Position numbers and translations under genes: made by a program. Below, piece after piece: positions 1-12,900 of a DNA stretch of 64,000 nucleotides (position 1 is its first letter; each line of letters starts with the position of its first letter). The notes under the pieces are model-generated. The model worked only from the letters and a program-made list of their open reading frames with translations. It was not told where the DNA came from and searched no databases. Origin of the DNA: Camelus dromedarius (taxonomy: Eukaryota); NCBI RefSeq assembly GCF_036321535.1, contig NC_087447.1, forward strand, positions 49,230,001 to 49,294,000, written 5' to 3'.

Positions 1-860
1 GTGAGAATGGCAAACACCACGTTGCCCATGACGTGCAAGTCAAGGGGCAGGTCTGCCCTATAGGCCACATAGGCTATGGCAATGGAGGAGTAGTAGGTGC
101 CAACCACCAGCCGGTGGAAGCTGCATGTGGAGAAGGCTTTTGAGCGTCCTTCTCGGGAGCTGATGCGAAGCACCGAGGCCAGGATGTGGGCATAGGAGAG
201 AAGCACCAGGAGAAGGGGCAGGAAGGACACCACCATGGCGATGCAGAAGCCCATGAAGGCCTGGGGTGTGGTGTCAGAACAGGAGGCCTGGACCACAGCC
301 AGGTGGTCACAGAAGCAACAGTAGATGTGAGCAGTGCTGTCAAAAGCCATGTGGGAGGTCTGCACCACTGCTGGGATGGGCAGGAGGAGGGCAGTGAGCC
401 AGGCACTGGCTGCCAGTGCAGCATTGATCTGTGGGGTCATGAGGACAGGGTAGTGCACTGGGCGGCAGATAGCCACATAGCAGTCATAGGCCATGACCAC
501 CAGGATGAAGGCTTCAGAGCAGGAGAAGCTGTGGAAGAGGTACATCTGCAGGAAGCAGGCAGGGAAGCTGAGGCAGCGGTCCCCAAGTAAGAGTAGGGAC
601 AGCATCTTGGAGACAGTGGATGTGGTGAAAAGAATGTCCAGGGCAGAGAGGTTGATCAGGAAGAAATACATGGGCTTGTGGAGTCTGGGGTCTATCACCA
701 CGGCCACCAGGATCAGGGTGTTACCAATCAGGATGAGCAAGTAGAAGAAAAGGAAGATGAAGAAGGCAGGGAGGAAAAGGAACTCCTGTAGAGAGGGGAT
801 GCCCACCAACTAGAAGACAGGTAAAGAGTCTTCTGATCCATTACAGGCTGTGGCATCCAT
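1..860 (-). pseudogene. OR2AT4-like: OR2AT-subfamily olfactory receptor copy 1, with premature stop at codon 17; 3' end runs off the window
   Basis: Manual translation from ATG 860: MDATACNGSEDSLPVF*LVGIPSL...LHKPMYFFLINLS...MAYDCYVAICRP...FCDHL...KAFSTCSFH...GNVVFAILT. TAG at 810-812. The MAYDRY motif reads MAYDCY (codon 480-482). No frameshift in the visible part. Confidence 0.92.
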
Positions 861-1279
861 GGTGGGACAGAGCTACATGTCAGGGTGACAGGCAGCAGGA
901 ACATCTGGAAACTGAATGACACAGGAGTTTGGAATAAGAATTCTACACATTTCTCTCTGTTATTATTGCAATCCAAATCATTTATGACCAGGTTTAGAGG
1001 ACTGGTGGTACAATCCAATATTAATTCTTTCATCTTAACCCACAATTTACTCCTTCCTTCTTCCATTAAGTCTTTAGTAAGTAACTACAATGTTACAAAG
1101 CTGTGAGCAGGTAAACAAGGCACACAAGGCCCCTGCCTTCACAGGACTTAAATTCTACTAGAAGAATATATTTAAAAGCCAATCACACAGTTAATTATCT
1201 AGTGACAACTGAAAATGCATTGAAATAGCTTCTATCCCTTTTCTACTCCATGTCCCACACTATATTTTGGGTATCAGAT

Positions 1280-1874
1280 TGTTACCCAACCAAACTTGTG
1301 TCCTCTGCCCTGCATGCAATAAAGCCAATCTACTGACACTGGGTTGTGGTGAAGGAAAGTACAGGGTTTACTGCATGGTGGCAAGCAAGGAATCCAGGAA
1401 GCTAGTGCTTAAGAGACCTGAAGTCTCTGACGGCTTCCAGGGAAAGGTTTTTAAAGACAGGATGAAGGAAGGGGGTTGTGGGGTACGTGATCAGCTCATG
1501 GACATTCTTCTGATCAGTTGGTAGTAAGGTAATCAGGAGTCAAAATCATCAATCTTCTGGTTCCAACCAGTTGGGGTCTATGTGCTTGTGGGCAGCATAT
1601 AGTTAACTTCTACCTGGTAGGGGTTTCAGTATCTTCAAAACAGCTCAAAGGACATGATTCAGAATATTATCTATAGCCCTTGAGGAGGAAATAAACGTCC
1701 TTGACTTTGTTTAATGGCTAAACTATTATTATTTTGTCTTGGTTGACTGTTTCCCTTTGTTTCTGCATTTTCTCACTTCTCTGATTAAATTTATTCTTTG
1801 AACTGCAGGGAAGGCTTAGGAGGCTACAGTTTTTCTACAGGAGGAAAGGCCCTATAGGGTCCTGCTCAGTTATA
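1280..1874 (-). mobile_element. Solo LTR, ERV1-like; related to the LTRs at 17600-17816 and 18025-18494
   Basis: Begins TGTTACC and ends GGGTCCTGCTCAGTTATA, with near-TSD AGAT/GGAT. Shares its terminal motif and internal blocks with 18025-18494; strand taken from that homologue. Confidence 0.75.
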
Positions 1875-3864
1875 GGATCTTAGATGAGCTCTTAGATTCC
1901 TTCATTATGGTGTCTCCTTTTGCTCTCGTATAAAGTTCTATTAAGTAATGTCACTATCACCCCATCATTAGGAAGGGCTAATTTTTCCAAGGTTCTCAGG
2001 CTGCCTGCTCAGTCCATTCATTACCAAGGGAGTGGCTTTCCTCTCATTTTCCAGGTGCAGCAGCTCTGCCTGCCTCTCTCCCCGCTGAGTTCTCTGGGAG
2101 CTCTCCCACTCACATTTCAGTGACAGGAAGGACAAATGACTGCGGAAGGACAGCTTTCTTCCTGATGGAGCCCAAGCTGATGGTGACCACTCAGGGCATG
2201 TCCTGGATTTATCATATTCCTTCCTCCTGGCTGCCACAGCACAGCAGCAGGTGTTGTGTTTGGTTATTTGATGCCCACTGTGCTGGGTATTGGCTCCTCC
2301 AATACCAACTCAGAAGAAGCCACAATGAGCTGTCATGAGAGCCATTGTTGCTAGAAAGGACAGAGAAATGAAAGCTGCCCAAAGACAAAAAGCCCTATAT
2401 CAGAGATTGTTCACTAAATGTGTGCTTGGGTCAAAGGGGTAGTGGGGGGTGGGGTGGGGACTGCTGAGTTTGAGCTGAAGCAATTTTGTTTTTGATGAGC
2501 GATCCAGGCAGCTTCATGTTTAAATCTGCATCACTGCTGTTTGAACCCTAGTGATTTCACAGTTTCCTTTTGAATTCCTAGGAATGACAGCTACTTTCTT
2601 TCTTTCCGAAAACAAATGCAAAACAAACTAGCTAAAAACACCTCTCATGTCCTAGAATCATAGAATGTCAGACTAGAAAAAAAGGTTTTTTTAATCTTCA
2701 GTTCCAATCCGACTCCCCTTCCCCCACACTTCCTCACCACCTTTTAAAAATTTACTAGTTTGCTCTGTGATTGATTTAGATCGTGCAGCCTGGCTTCTAG
2801 ATTTGGAAGTGGTAACCGTCAAATGCTTTGTCTAAAATGAGCATGGGAGAGACAACCATCCTGTGTGTGTGATCCTTGAAAGAGAACCTCAGAAGTCACC
2901 CACAGGATCCGGCAGGAGAGTGACCTAATTGTCTCCATTTTAAAGAGTTAACCCTCAGTTAACCAGAACCCCATTCCAAAAAGTATGGTCACCAGGTTTT
3001 TCTTATATCTGAAGGAATGCAAACTGCGCTGCCCTGGACATTCTGCTCTCAGATAGGCAGTTGTGGCTGCCAGTCACGAGTGAGGCAGAGCAGGGTATTT
3101 CAGAGGCAGAAACACAGAGGGCCAAGGCCAGAGGGCCCCTAAGGGAGCCATCAAGTCAGCTGCCCCTCTCCTCCCTCCCGTGTCCCACTGCTTTGCAGAT
3201 GAAGGTAGGGATGCTGAGACTTTGATAGAGAGATGGCACATGGCTTTTCACTGCCAGGCAGTGCTGGCCCAGACAACAGGTAGACCAGGCGTGTGCTGGG
3301 TCACCAGCCAAGCAGGAGCACCAAAAATACTTTCTGAAAGAGTTTAACATTTGATCTTCCAAAGCACCATTCAACCAGCCCATGACAGGAAATATCCTGG
3401 ATATTGACTGATCTTTCTTACACTTATTTTACAGGTTAGGGTTCTTGTTTTGCTTTCACACTATATCTGAGTGATGAACCCCATGCTTAGGACCTAAAGG
3501 GTCCTGTTTCCCAGGGTGCAGAACTTTCCTCAGTAGGTTCTCCCTGTCGGAATTGTCTGTGAGCTAATTACAGTGCAGGTAGGGACCAGGAAGTACAGAA
3601 AAACCAATCACCAGCTGTCCGACCCGATGCTGCATTCTACATACATCATCTCCTCCCATCACCCAATCCTGCCAGGGAGTGGTTATGCTTGTTAAACAAA
3701 TGAGAAACTGAGGGTTAGAGGACAGACCCTTGTTCAAGGCGAAGACTGGTGAAGGGTGAGAACAGAAGTCACTCTGGAGCCAGCCTGCTGTAAAGGAACC
3801 CCGCCTGGCAACCAAAAGTCCTGGCTTCTAGACCAGTTCTGCCATTCACTTTCTGTGCTTTTGG

Positions 3865-4372
3865 TGTATAGTTGTTGGCATAACTGATACCATCTTGCAC
3901 CCTTTCAGTGTCTCCTGTCCTCCTGCTGACCCTAGCCAGGCTTTTACTGTGCAGTAAACCACTTCTCTGTCATCAAGGGCTTTGTAGTTAATAGATATTG
4001 TCCAGTAATCATTAGAACCCTGTGGCCTGTGTTAGTCCCCAGACAATGCTGACTTCACTGATATATATTTGGCGCCCACAAGACTAGTCACTCATTTATA
4101 AATCTTGACTTAGGAATGCACGTTCTGTCTCCAAGCACCTACCCCCAAATCTTAGGTTAGCTGTAAAACTGTCCAAGTGGCCCCTCAGTGGGGCCTAGCA
4201 CAGTTGTGAATGCTTCTGGATCTTTGTCCACCCGATCCCGATCCTACCCTGCAAATAAGTTACCCTATAATAAACTGATTCATTGATTATATGGAGCTGC
4301 CTGCCTCATTTTTGGGTCTCAAGATGCCCCCTCAATTCGGTGGGTACTTTTTGTTCTCTCTGTCTTCCAACA
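3865..4372 (+). mobile_element. Solo LTR (family not assigned) inserted into a MIR
   Basis: TG...CA termini, AATAAA near 4269, near-TSD TTTGG/CTTGG, MIR-like sequence on both sides. Confidence 0.6.
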
Positions 4373-5574
4373 CTTGGTTTTCTCATTTGTGCAGTGAGGG
4401 GTTTGGAGGAAAAGACCTCTGAGGAGTTTCCAATTCAATGAGCCCTTTTCTGAGTGTCCCCTCTATGTCCAGCAGAGTGGATATCACAGGGTCCATGCCC
4501 CAAAGGAGAGGGCGAGGGCTCTTCCACATAGTGAGCTCCTGCTGCCAGCCAAGTGCTTTACCTTCATCCTGTCCTGTGGGTCTTGGTGGTCAAGGATGTG
4601 CACTTGTGAGTCATAAAGGACTGGATTCCAGTCCCAGCTCCTACCTGCAGCTGTGTCACCTTGGGCAAGTCACATTCCCCTCTCTGAGCTTGTTTCCCTC
4701 AGCTGTGACCCTCTGGGGTTGTTGTGAGTCCTCATGGAGAGAATCCTTAGGCAATGCTACATAAGAGCCTGGAACAGGTAAGCACTCAAAGTTCACTAGG
4801 GTTTCCAGTGGTTACTGCTGTGATCAGCCTGGATTCCTGTGGGAAAGCCGTGGCCAAAATGATTTAAATCCCACCTCTGAGCACATGGACCTGCCAGGAT
4901 ATGTGGTCCAAGATTTCACAGTCCACATATGCAGAACCAACCTGGATCCTGGGCGCCTGCCTCTTATGCACATCCAATCAGTCTTCCTGATCCCTAGCCC
5001 TGGTTCTACATTCCCCTCACTCAGGTCTTTGCTGAGCTTTGATACTTCATTCCCCGCCCACTCACCTGCCAAGCCCTGCCTACCTTGGTGTCTCTCGTAG
5101 TGTCCCCTTTGTATCTTCCAACCTTGCTTGGCAGGGAAGAGCCAGGTATGTGCTAAGCTGTGGCTTATTAAACCCCGTAACCCCTACTTTCAGCCAGGCC
5201 TGCTGAGGTCCTCTCCCTCAAGATGGGACTCCTTTGGGGCATTGTGCCTTTTCCACCAGTCACCCAGAATCAACTTCTTGGCACCTCCTAGAGCGTGTGT
5301 TGGGAGGGGACTTGCTTCTGGGATTTGCTGATAATGAGAACAACATTGTTAACAGCCCTCACGGGTTTCAGAGCTTTACAAACAATGGGGCAGCTTTTAT
5401 TAACATTATTCCATCTAGTCCTCAGGACAGCCAGAGGAGACAGGCAGCCCAAGAGGAGGAAACTGAGGTCCAGAGAAGTGAAATGACTTTCCAGTGCTTA
5501 CACTGATGTTTAGCATCAGAGCTGCCAGGCAGACCCAGGACTTCATTCCCAGGCCTGTGCTCTGCATGTTCCAT

Positions 5575-5790
5575 TGTGAGTAAGGGCATCAGGTCTAAAA
5601 TGAGAAGTCCTGTGTTTGAATACCAGTTCTAATATATTTTAGCTATGTCACCTTAGGCAATAACTTAACCTCTCTGAGTCTGAGTTACTCCATCTGTAAA
5701 ATGGTACATAACAGTATTACCTATCTCGTAGTTTTTGAGAGGATTCAATGAGGTAAGGGACACAGGGTGCTTGGAGTGAAACATGATTAT
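5575..5790 (+). mobile_element. MIR SINE
   Basis: MIR core: ...ccttaggcaataacttaacctctctgagtctgagttactccatctgtaaaatgg...gaggattcaatgagg. Confidence 0.75.
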
Positions 5791-6174
5791 TTGAAAATTA
5801 CTCCAAAAGGTTTGTTTGTGGTACCTGGCAATAGCCAGGGCAGAGGCTGCCTGCATAGTTTCCCAGAGGACTGGTCATGTTCATCTCCTGCAGAAGAAAC
5901 TGCAACTTTCATGGGCTCTTAGGGTCTCTAGATGCCAAACAGCTGGCTTTACCAGGTACTGCAGTCTACAGCTGGCACCTAAGCTTAGACTGCTTAGCAT
6001 CCAGTAGTCAGTTTGTTCTGCTTGTAAAGCTCCTCTCTTGCTCCCTTTCCCCCCAAAAAGAAAAGCAATAAGGGTCAGGGCCATTATGCCTCTATCTTAG
6101 GATGTACATGTACGAGCTGTTAGCAGCCAACACTCATCTGCTAGAGGGCAGGCCACCAACTGTATCTACTATAG

Positions 6175-7000
6175 TATATCCCTTGAAACTCTCAGATTCA
6201 TTCACTTATCACAAGTGGTTCACTCCACTTGGACATAGGGTTTCCAGCATTCTGATTAGTCACAATTTGGGGGGAAATTTCTAAGAGAAAGATTAACTAC
6301 TGTTCCTGCTGCTGAAGTCAGTCTCAGCATTGCAAGTGATATTTATAATCTCTCTCCTCTGCCACCCATTCGAGTCCCTTCTCCTTTACCTTCACATTCA
6401 GTCACTTCATTTGATCTAAATGTATTCCCTTCTAGCATGGCTCCTCCCTGACAGTTCTGAGCCCCTGGTTACTATATCTCATCAAACTATGGTTGCTTTC
6501 ATTGCCCATTTACATTAAAGTGGTAAGAAACAAGAAAAGCTCCCTCCCCTGGGTGCCAACCTCCCAGCCCCCATTCATGTAAGAGCAGTCTTACTTCCTC
6601 CTGAAGATCAGAGTAGATTGCCCTTCTAAGTATGGTAATTCCTTTTTTTGAGTCCTGGTCTACTTGCCCAGTGGGCTTAAAATGACCAGTCAGAAGTTGT
6701 GGCTTTAAATTTAATGAGATTTACTGTGTCTCCTCTGGAATCAGGACTGCTTAATCCACAGAGGTGAAAATCATCAGGACCAGAAGGACAAATTCCCCCA
6801 AAATGGGTCACTGAGGGTAATGGTGAGTGGAACCATTCTAACTTCCACTTACTGGTTCTTGGCAGGAAGCATCAATTTTTAATGGGCATCCAAGCTGAAA
6901 ATGGTTCCTTTCCACTGGACAGGAACATGGACCCTATTACCACTCCCTGATAGAAGCAGCTAGTGGTTTTCTAATGCAATTATTTCAAGCCTCCCACTCA
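6175..7000 (-). mobile_element. Degenerate ERV-L internal fragment (pol 3' end including dUTPase-like region); left-hand LTR uncertain
   Basis: Minus-strand reading at ~6718-6570, SLNLKPQLLTGHFKPTGQVDQDSKKGITILRRAIYSDLQEEVRLLLHEWG, resembles the ERV-L dUTPase segment as recalled (PLNWKLRLPPGHFG...KKGVTVLAGVIDPDYQ.EI.LLLHNGG). Pol C-terminal remnants and a polypurine-tract-like segment follow near 6175-6185. Boundaries approximate. Confidence 0.72.
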
Positions 7001-7496
7001 CCCCTGACTATATTGCTGATACATGAGGACTTGCTAACAAACAAGTGATACCAATGCCCAAAATACAAGAACTTACAGGAGAAAATGTTAACATTGAATT
7101 AAATGCTAACTTTTTGGTTCCCACAGCCTCTCTCTGTCCTATCACCTGATATTATTTCTCTGGGTCTGACTTCCCAACTAGACTGGATACCCTGAGGACA
7201 GCAACTATGTCTGGTTCATTTCTGCCTCTAGCACCTAGTAAATGAATAATTTCTATGAATAATTAGATGATCAAATTTTATTCATCACATTAGTGACTGA
7301 TGAAAATTGTGAAAACTATAATTACTCTATAGTACTATTGGGAACCCTTCTTAATCTGTATTTGAGGACCAGGTTTTGGCTGTCTGTTCAACTGAATGAA
7401 GTCAACTTGGGCTGCTACAATTCATTTAAAAATATTTATTGTGTTATTGTGTGTTGGGCACTGTCATTGGTGTCCAGGGAGTTGAATTAGTTGCAT

Positions 7497-8464
7497 CTAA
7501 GGATCAAGGGCTCCAGAATGCCCTGGGTCCTGGGGACATGCCATTTTGGGGATGGCTGCTTTCACATCCTTGTTCCTCAGTGTGTAGATGAGGGGGTTGA
7601 GGACTGGTGTGAGAATGGCAAACACCACGTTGCCCATGACGTGGAAGTCAAGGGGTAGGTCTGCCCTATAGACCACGTAGGCTATGGCATTGGAGGAGTA
7701 GTAGGTGCCAACCACCAGCAGGTGGGAGCTGCACGTGGAGAAGGCTTTTGAGCGTCCTTCTCGGGAGCTGATGCGAAGCACCGAGGCCAGGATGTGGGCA
7801 TAGGAGAGAAGCACCAGGAGAAGGGGCAGGAAGGACACCACCATGGCGATGCAGAAGCCCATGAAGGCCTGGGGTGTGGTGTCAGAACAGGAGGCCTGGA
7901 CCACAGCCAGGTGGTCACAGAAGCAATAGTAGATGTGAGCAGTGCTGTCAAAAGCCATGTGGGAGGTCTGAACCCTGCTGGGATGGGCAGGAGGAGGGCA
8001 GTGAGCCAGGCACTGGCTGCCAGTGCAGCATTGATCTGTGGGGTCATGAGGACAGGGTAGTGCAGTGGGCGGCAGATAGCCACATAGCGGTCATAAGCCA
8101 TGACCACCAGGTTGAAGGCTTCAGAGCAGGAGAAGCTATGGAAGAGGTACATTTGCAGGAAACAGGCAGAGAAGCTGAGGTAGCGGTCCCCAAGTACAAG
8201 TAGGGACAGCATCTTGGGGATGGTGGTTGTGGTGGAGAGGATGTCCAGGGCAGAGAGGTTGATCAGGAAGAAGTACATGGGTTTGTGGAGGCTGGGCTCT
8301 GCCAGCACAGCCACCAGGATCAGGGCGTTACCCATCAGGATGAGAAGGTATATTAAGAGGAAAATCAAGAAGACAGGGAAGAAGAGGGATTCAGGCAGAG
8401 AGGGAATGCCCACCAGACAGAAGATGGGTAAGGAGTCCTTTGATCTGTTACAGGTGACTTACAT
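7497..8464 (-). pseudogene. OR2AT4-like: OR2AT-subfamily olfactory receptor copy 2, with stop at codon 2 and a 1-bp frameshift
   Basis: ATG 8462-8464 is followed directly by TAA (8459-8461), then VTCNRSKDSLPIFCLVGIPSLPE...HKPMYFFLINLS...MAYDRYVAIC. A 1-bp deletion at ~7974 (aaccctgctg vs caccactgctg in copy 1) splits the frame into ORFs 7682..8413 and 7497..7958 (…KAFSTCSSHL…PVLNPLIYTLRNKDVK). Confidence 0.95.
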
Positions 8465-9861
8465 TGTGGGTCAGGGCTGGATGTCTGCAGATACCGGAAA
8501 CATCAGCACATATCTGGAAACCGGGATAATCAGGGAAACATTAACCAGAACATGTATCTTTTTCTTTTCGACCATAGATCTCAGTCTCAACCACTGCTTT
8601 GTGCAGGAATTTCGTTGCACAACTAAGATTCCCAGGATGGTGAGGTGTCTAACGACTAATGGTTGAAAAGCTGGTCCTAACTGCTGGGGAAGAGAGACGG
8701 ACACAAATATCTGAAAAGCTGTCCAAGAGCAGGAATAAAGAATTGAGGCTACTATTATCAGCTCCAGGGACCCAGAGTTCAGCCCCACATATGGAATAAG
8801 TTTTTTACAGTTAAAACTATCCCATACAGCAAAAGACTGGCTTGAAAATGTGTAAATTCCCTATAACTAGAGGTATGTAAAGCTGCGATCTTTTTTGCCT
8901 GAAATGCTGCAGGGGAGGTTTAATATTTGGATAGGAGCTAGATTGAAAACCTTGAAGCAATTCCTGACCCTAGATCCATTAATTCTTAAGAAAAAATAAA
9001 GTAACATAAGTGAACCACATCAATCAGATGGCGGGGTTTGAGGGGCAGATTTATTCCATCTGAGGGAAAAGGTCTCGAGAAGTATCCATTTATGTTCAAA
9101 TGTCAATTAAAAAATCAAGTAGCTTCTGTATTAGTTCCACTAGTTCCTTTAAGGATATCTGATATGGTAGCTTAGTTCCTGATACCACAGGTAAAGGAAC
9201 ACCCTGGATATGGAACTGTTGATAAACCACTTACCAGATTTTGACTACTGTCAGCATCAGAATCGTGACTACAGCCATTTGGCACAAGCCCATCCAGTCC
9301 AGATATCTCTACACAGCAGGTCCTGAATGGGGTTCTTTTACCTGAGACCTCGTGAAGACAACAGGATCAGTGGTTGAGAGTGATGAAGCTAAACCCTGGA
9401 GTGAAAACTCTATGTACTTCACTAAGGTTCCCTTGACTTATGTGCCTCTGAGCCTAGAGGCTTGTCAATGGCCTCTGATAAAGACTCCCAACTCTTGAGA
9501 TCTGGTGGGAACTGGTGGGACTCCTTCCTCAGGGTTGGCTGAAAGAACCATTTCTGTACAGCTCTGGACTCAATTCCTCTTCTATGCCCTGCTCCATTCT
9601 CATCTTACTCCGCCTAGGCTGGGACATTGTGACTCTGGAATCACTGTTCTTTGTGTCTACATTTCCTTTTGCTTGAGGATTCCCTTTCTATGATATCTTA
9701 TTGACAGGTAGAGCAGCTTCCCCCAAGGGCTGCTACAGAATGCCGTCTTTACCTGAGAATGGCTTCTCTTTCTGTGCTGCTGCTGCTGGGGCTCTCTGTC
9801 TGTCTCAGTCTAACCTGGGTGCCCTAGGACTTGCCTTTGTATCCTGTCTCGTGGTTGTATC

Positions 9862-9969
9862 CAGGGACAAACCATTCTGATTTGCCTACAACTGCCTGGT
9901 TTTAGCACTGCAAATCCCATGTCCCAGGAAATCCTAGTCCCTGGCAAGCCTTGGAGACTGGTCACCCTA
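9862..9969. mobile_element. MER81-like hAT-Blackjack MITE
   Basis: ~110 bp with ...ggttttagcactgcaaatcccatgtcccaggaaa... and terminal GGTCACCCTA. Confidence 0.65.
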
Positions 9970-12900
9970 TGAGAGTCTTTGGTAGGAGTCATTTCCCAAA
10001 TGGAATCCAGGTTGAAGATGGATTCTCCCCCTAATGGGAAAAAACAGACTCCAAGGTGCTCCCCGGGTTACTGAGCAATCTTCCCCTTCTCCACTGGTGC
10101 AGCTCACAGGTGTCACTGTTTAGCCATTTCGTGCCCACTGCCCTGACCCCCAGTTCAAAGGACACCCTAGAGAGCTGAAAAGTCTCAGAACCAGTCAGGA
10201 GAGAAAACCAAGCCCTCTGCAGAGAGTAACTCCACTCCTTGGAGGCCACTGAAGAAGGTTACTGTGTATCCACGGCAGCCCAAGACCCCCCCCCCCCGCC
10301 AAATGACACTTTCCAACCCCCAGAACTGAGATGAGGGAAGTGTTGACTCACCCTTCACCTTGACTAAGCGATCCAGGGTTGGGCTATGTTGACGTTCAGA
10401 TTGTTGCTTCCCTGCCCCAATGACCCCTGGAATAGAACCACTTGGTTTTCCAAAACCATGTCCAGCTTCTTTCTAATGAAAACTGTCTTATGTCACAGAA
10501 TATGTAAGTGTGGAAATGGCCCTGCAGATAGTTGAGTCCCTGATCCTTTCCTCACAAATAAAGAGTCAAGTTGGGGTGGGGATGGGGAGCAGCCCGAGGT
10601 CAACAACAGGTCAGTACCAGACTTAGTCCTTAAACCAGGCCCCTCGCTCTGACCTTGGACTCTTTCCACAAAGACGGGCCTCCTGGAGAATTTGGAAGCT
10701 CTGGTTTCCACCTGAGGAAAAGTTAGACCAAAGGTTTTATTTTCCTCTCTCTATTTCTGAGGCTGATGTCAGAGGCAGTTATGAATTTGTTTTGTTCTGA
10801 GGGCATTTTCAAACAGTTTCATATGGACTGGTTACTAAATAGAGGCTCTACATGCTAGAAAAGTGCTTTTTTTAAAAAATGGCTTAAGGAAGAGGTGGAC
10901 TAGGCACATCTGCATGGAAAGAAGTCACAACAGCCAGGCCCCATGTCCTGGGCAGAACTGTTGTACACCCAAGTGCCTGTTAGAAGCTGGGCTATTATAA
11001 ACCTTCAATAAATTTTTTCTAATAAATGAATTAATCAATGAAGGGTTAACCTAAGTTAAACTGAACTTCTTCCCATTATGGACTAGTCAGGGGGGATTTT
11101 TTTTCCCTTTTATTTTAGCATCTAAATTGATACAAACCACATTTCCTTGAAAGTTGCTGCAGTTCTAAGTTGTTCTCTCTACTGACTGGGCTCATGTAAG
11201 CAGGTTGTGCAAGGTTAACAGGGCAATCATGGAGCATCAGAGTCAGAAGACTCTTTAAAAGCAGGCAATGAAGTCCCATCCCCATTGCCCTCCCCCCATT
11301 TTTCAAATTAAAAAACTTAGAGAACGGAACAACTTGCTCAAGTCACACAGGGAGCTTGTGGCAGAGCAACATTGGAAGCCAGACTCCTGGCTCCCTGCCC
11401 AGGGCTCCCAAGGGTCCACCACGGGAGAGTCACTGAAGCTTCCCTGTCTGGCAGTACAGATCATTCTGGGTGTCATCATCCATGTTTCCCTCACTGACCT
11501 GGGGGTTCCATGAGCCTAGAGGTTGGCTCTGACTCTTTCCCTATAAAACCAGCATTTCAGAGGGGCCCAGTACCTGGCTTCTTGGTGTTTCCACAGGCAC
11601 AGACTGGAGCACAGCTGTCCTGACCACCTCAGGGCTTTCCCTCTATCATCCCTGCAGAATCAAACACTTGATACTGTGGGGAACTTCTGGTTCTGCTCCA
11701 TTATTGTTGCTGATAGGGAGGAGAAGGCCCAGAGAGAGGCTATGCCTGGCCAAAGTCACACAATTAGTAAATCAATAACAGAGCCAGCCAGCCTGGAATG
11801 CTGTAAATTGGGGCAGAAAATTTTTAGCTCATTTCCCTTCTCTTAGAGCCCTTCTCATTGTGGGGTGAATGTCCCTAACTGCCTGTCCCCCTAAACTGTG
11901 CCCTTCCATAACCTTGTCCCTCCCTGGGCTCTGACAGGCTCTGGACACTTCCTTTGTAGCTCTTATATCTACATGAGGGTGGGTTGGCTCACCAGCAACC
12001 TGGGCCACTCCAGCTGCCCTGCTTCCAAGCCAGCACTGCCTCAGTGGGGAGAACCAGGTAGGGGCTGAGACTGGTTCCATTAAACCTCCCTAGCCTGCTA
12101 GGATCCTGCCCACTGTGGTCCCTTCTAATAGGGTCCTGTGTAGCATTTTTCTGGGGACTCCCAAGTGGCTGGTTAGCAGCTACTACTGGGCTTTGTTGAT
12201 ATTAGAACAACAAAATTAATGGTCCTCTCTGGGGCATAGAACTCTGTGGGCTATGGAGGCTCTCCCACTTATTGAGCAATAATTCATATCCCCATGTGAC
12301 AGATGAGGAAACGGATACTCAGAGGTGAAAGAAATTGCCCAAGTCACACAGCAGGCCAAGGACAAGGCAGGACCAAAGTCTCAGATTTGGTAACCCAGTC
12401 TAGCCTCTGAGCCAACCAGTTACACAAACAAGAAAAAGTTTGTGAAAAAAATATCTTTGTAAATGTAAAGTGCTGTTCTATTGGCCAGGGGATGGGGATA
12501 CCCTTTGAGTGTTTTGAAGCTAGAGGAACAAGTATGACAGAGCAGAGAACCACTCAGTTTCCCAAATCATCTCTCTCTCTCACTCACTTGGCCTCTCTTA
12601 CTCACTCTCACTCTTAGACTCCTTATAACTCTAAGCCCAATCCCCCTCCACGGAGTCTTCTGTGACTTCATCTTCTTCTAGCCCCCAGGGCTCTTGCTAT
12701 CCTCTGGATTAACCAGGCTGGCTGCCTATGCCACCCATTTTAAACATTAGGAGAACTGAGGTTCATCATTCATTCCACATTGAATGAAGCTGGCTTTATG
12801 CTGTGTTCCTGATTACAGGGAATTGGCAGAGTCTAGCAGGGGCAGCCAGTGGAAAAAACTGACTGCCAATCATATCCAATGCGATCTGTGCTACGATAGA

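Noticed and set aside
186..8666. Plus-strand and alternative-frame ORFs overlapping the OR copies
   Set aside because: Shadow frames of the OR coding sequence with no independent support.
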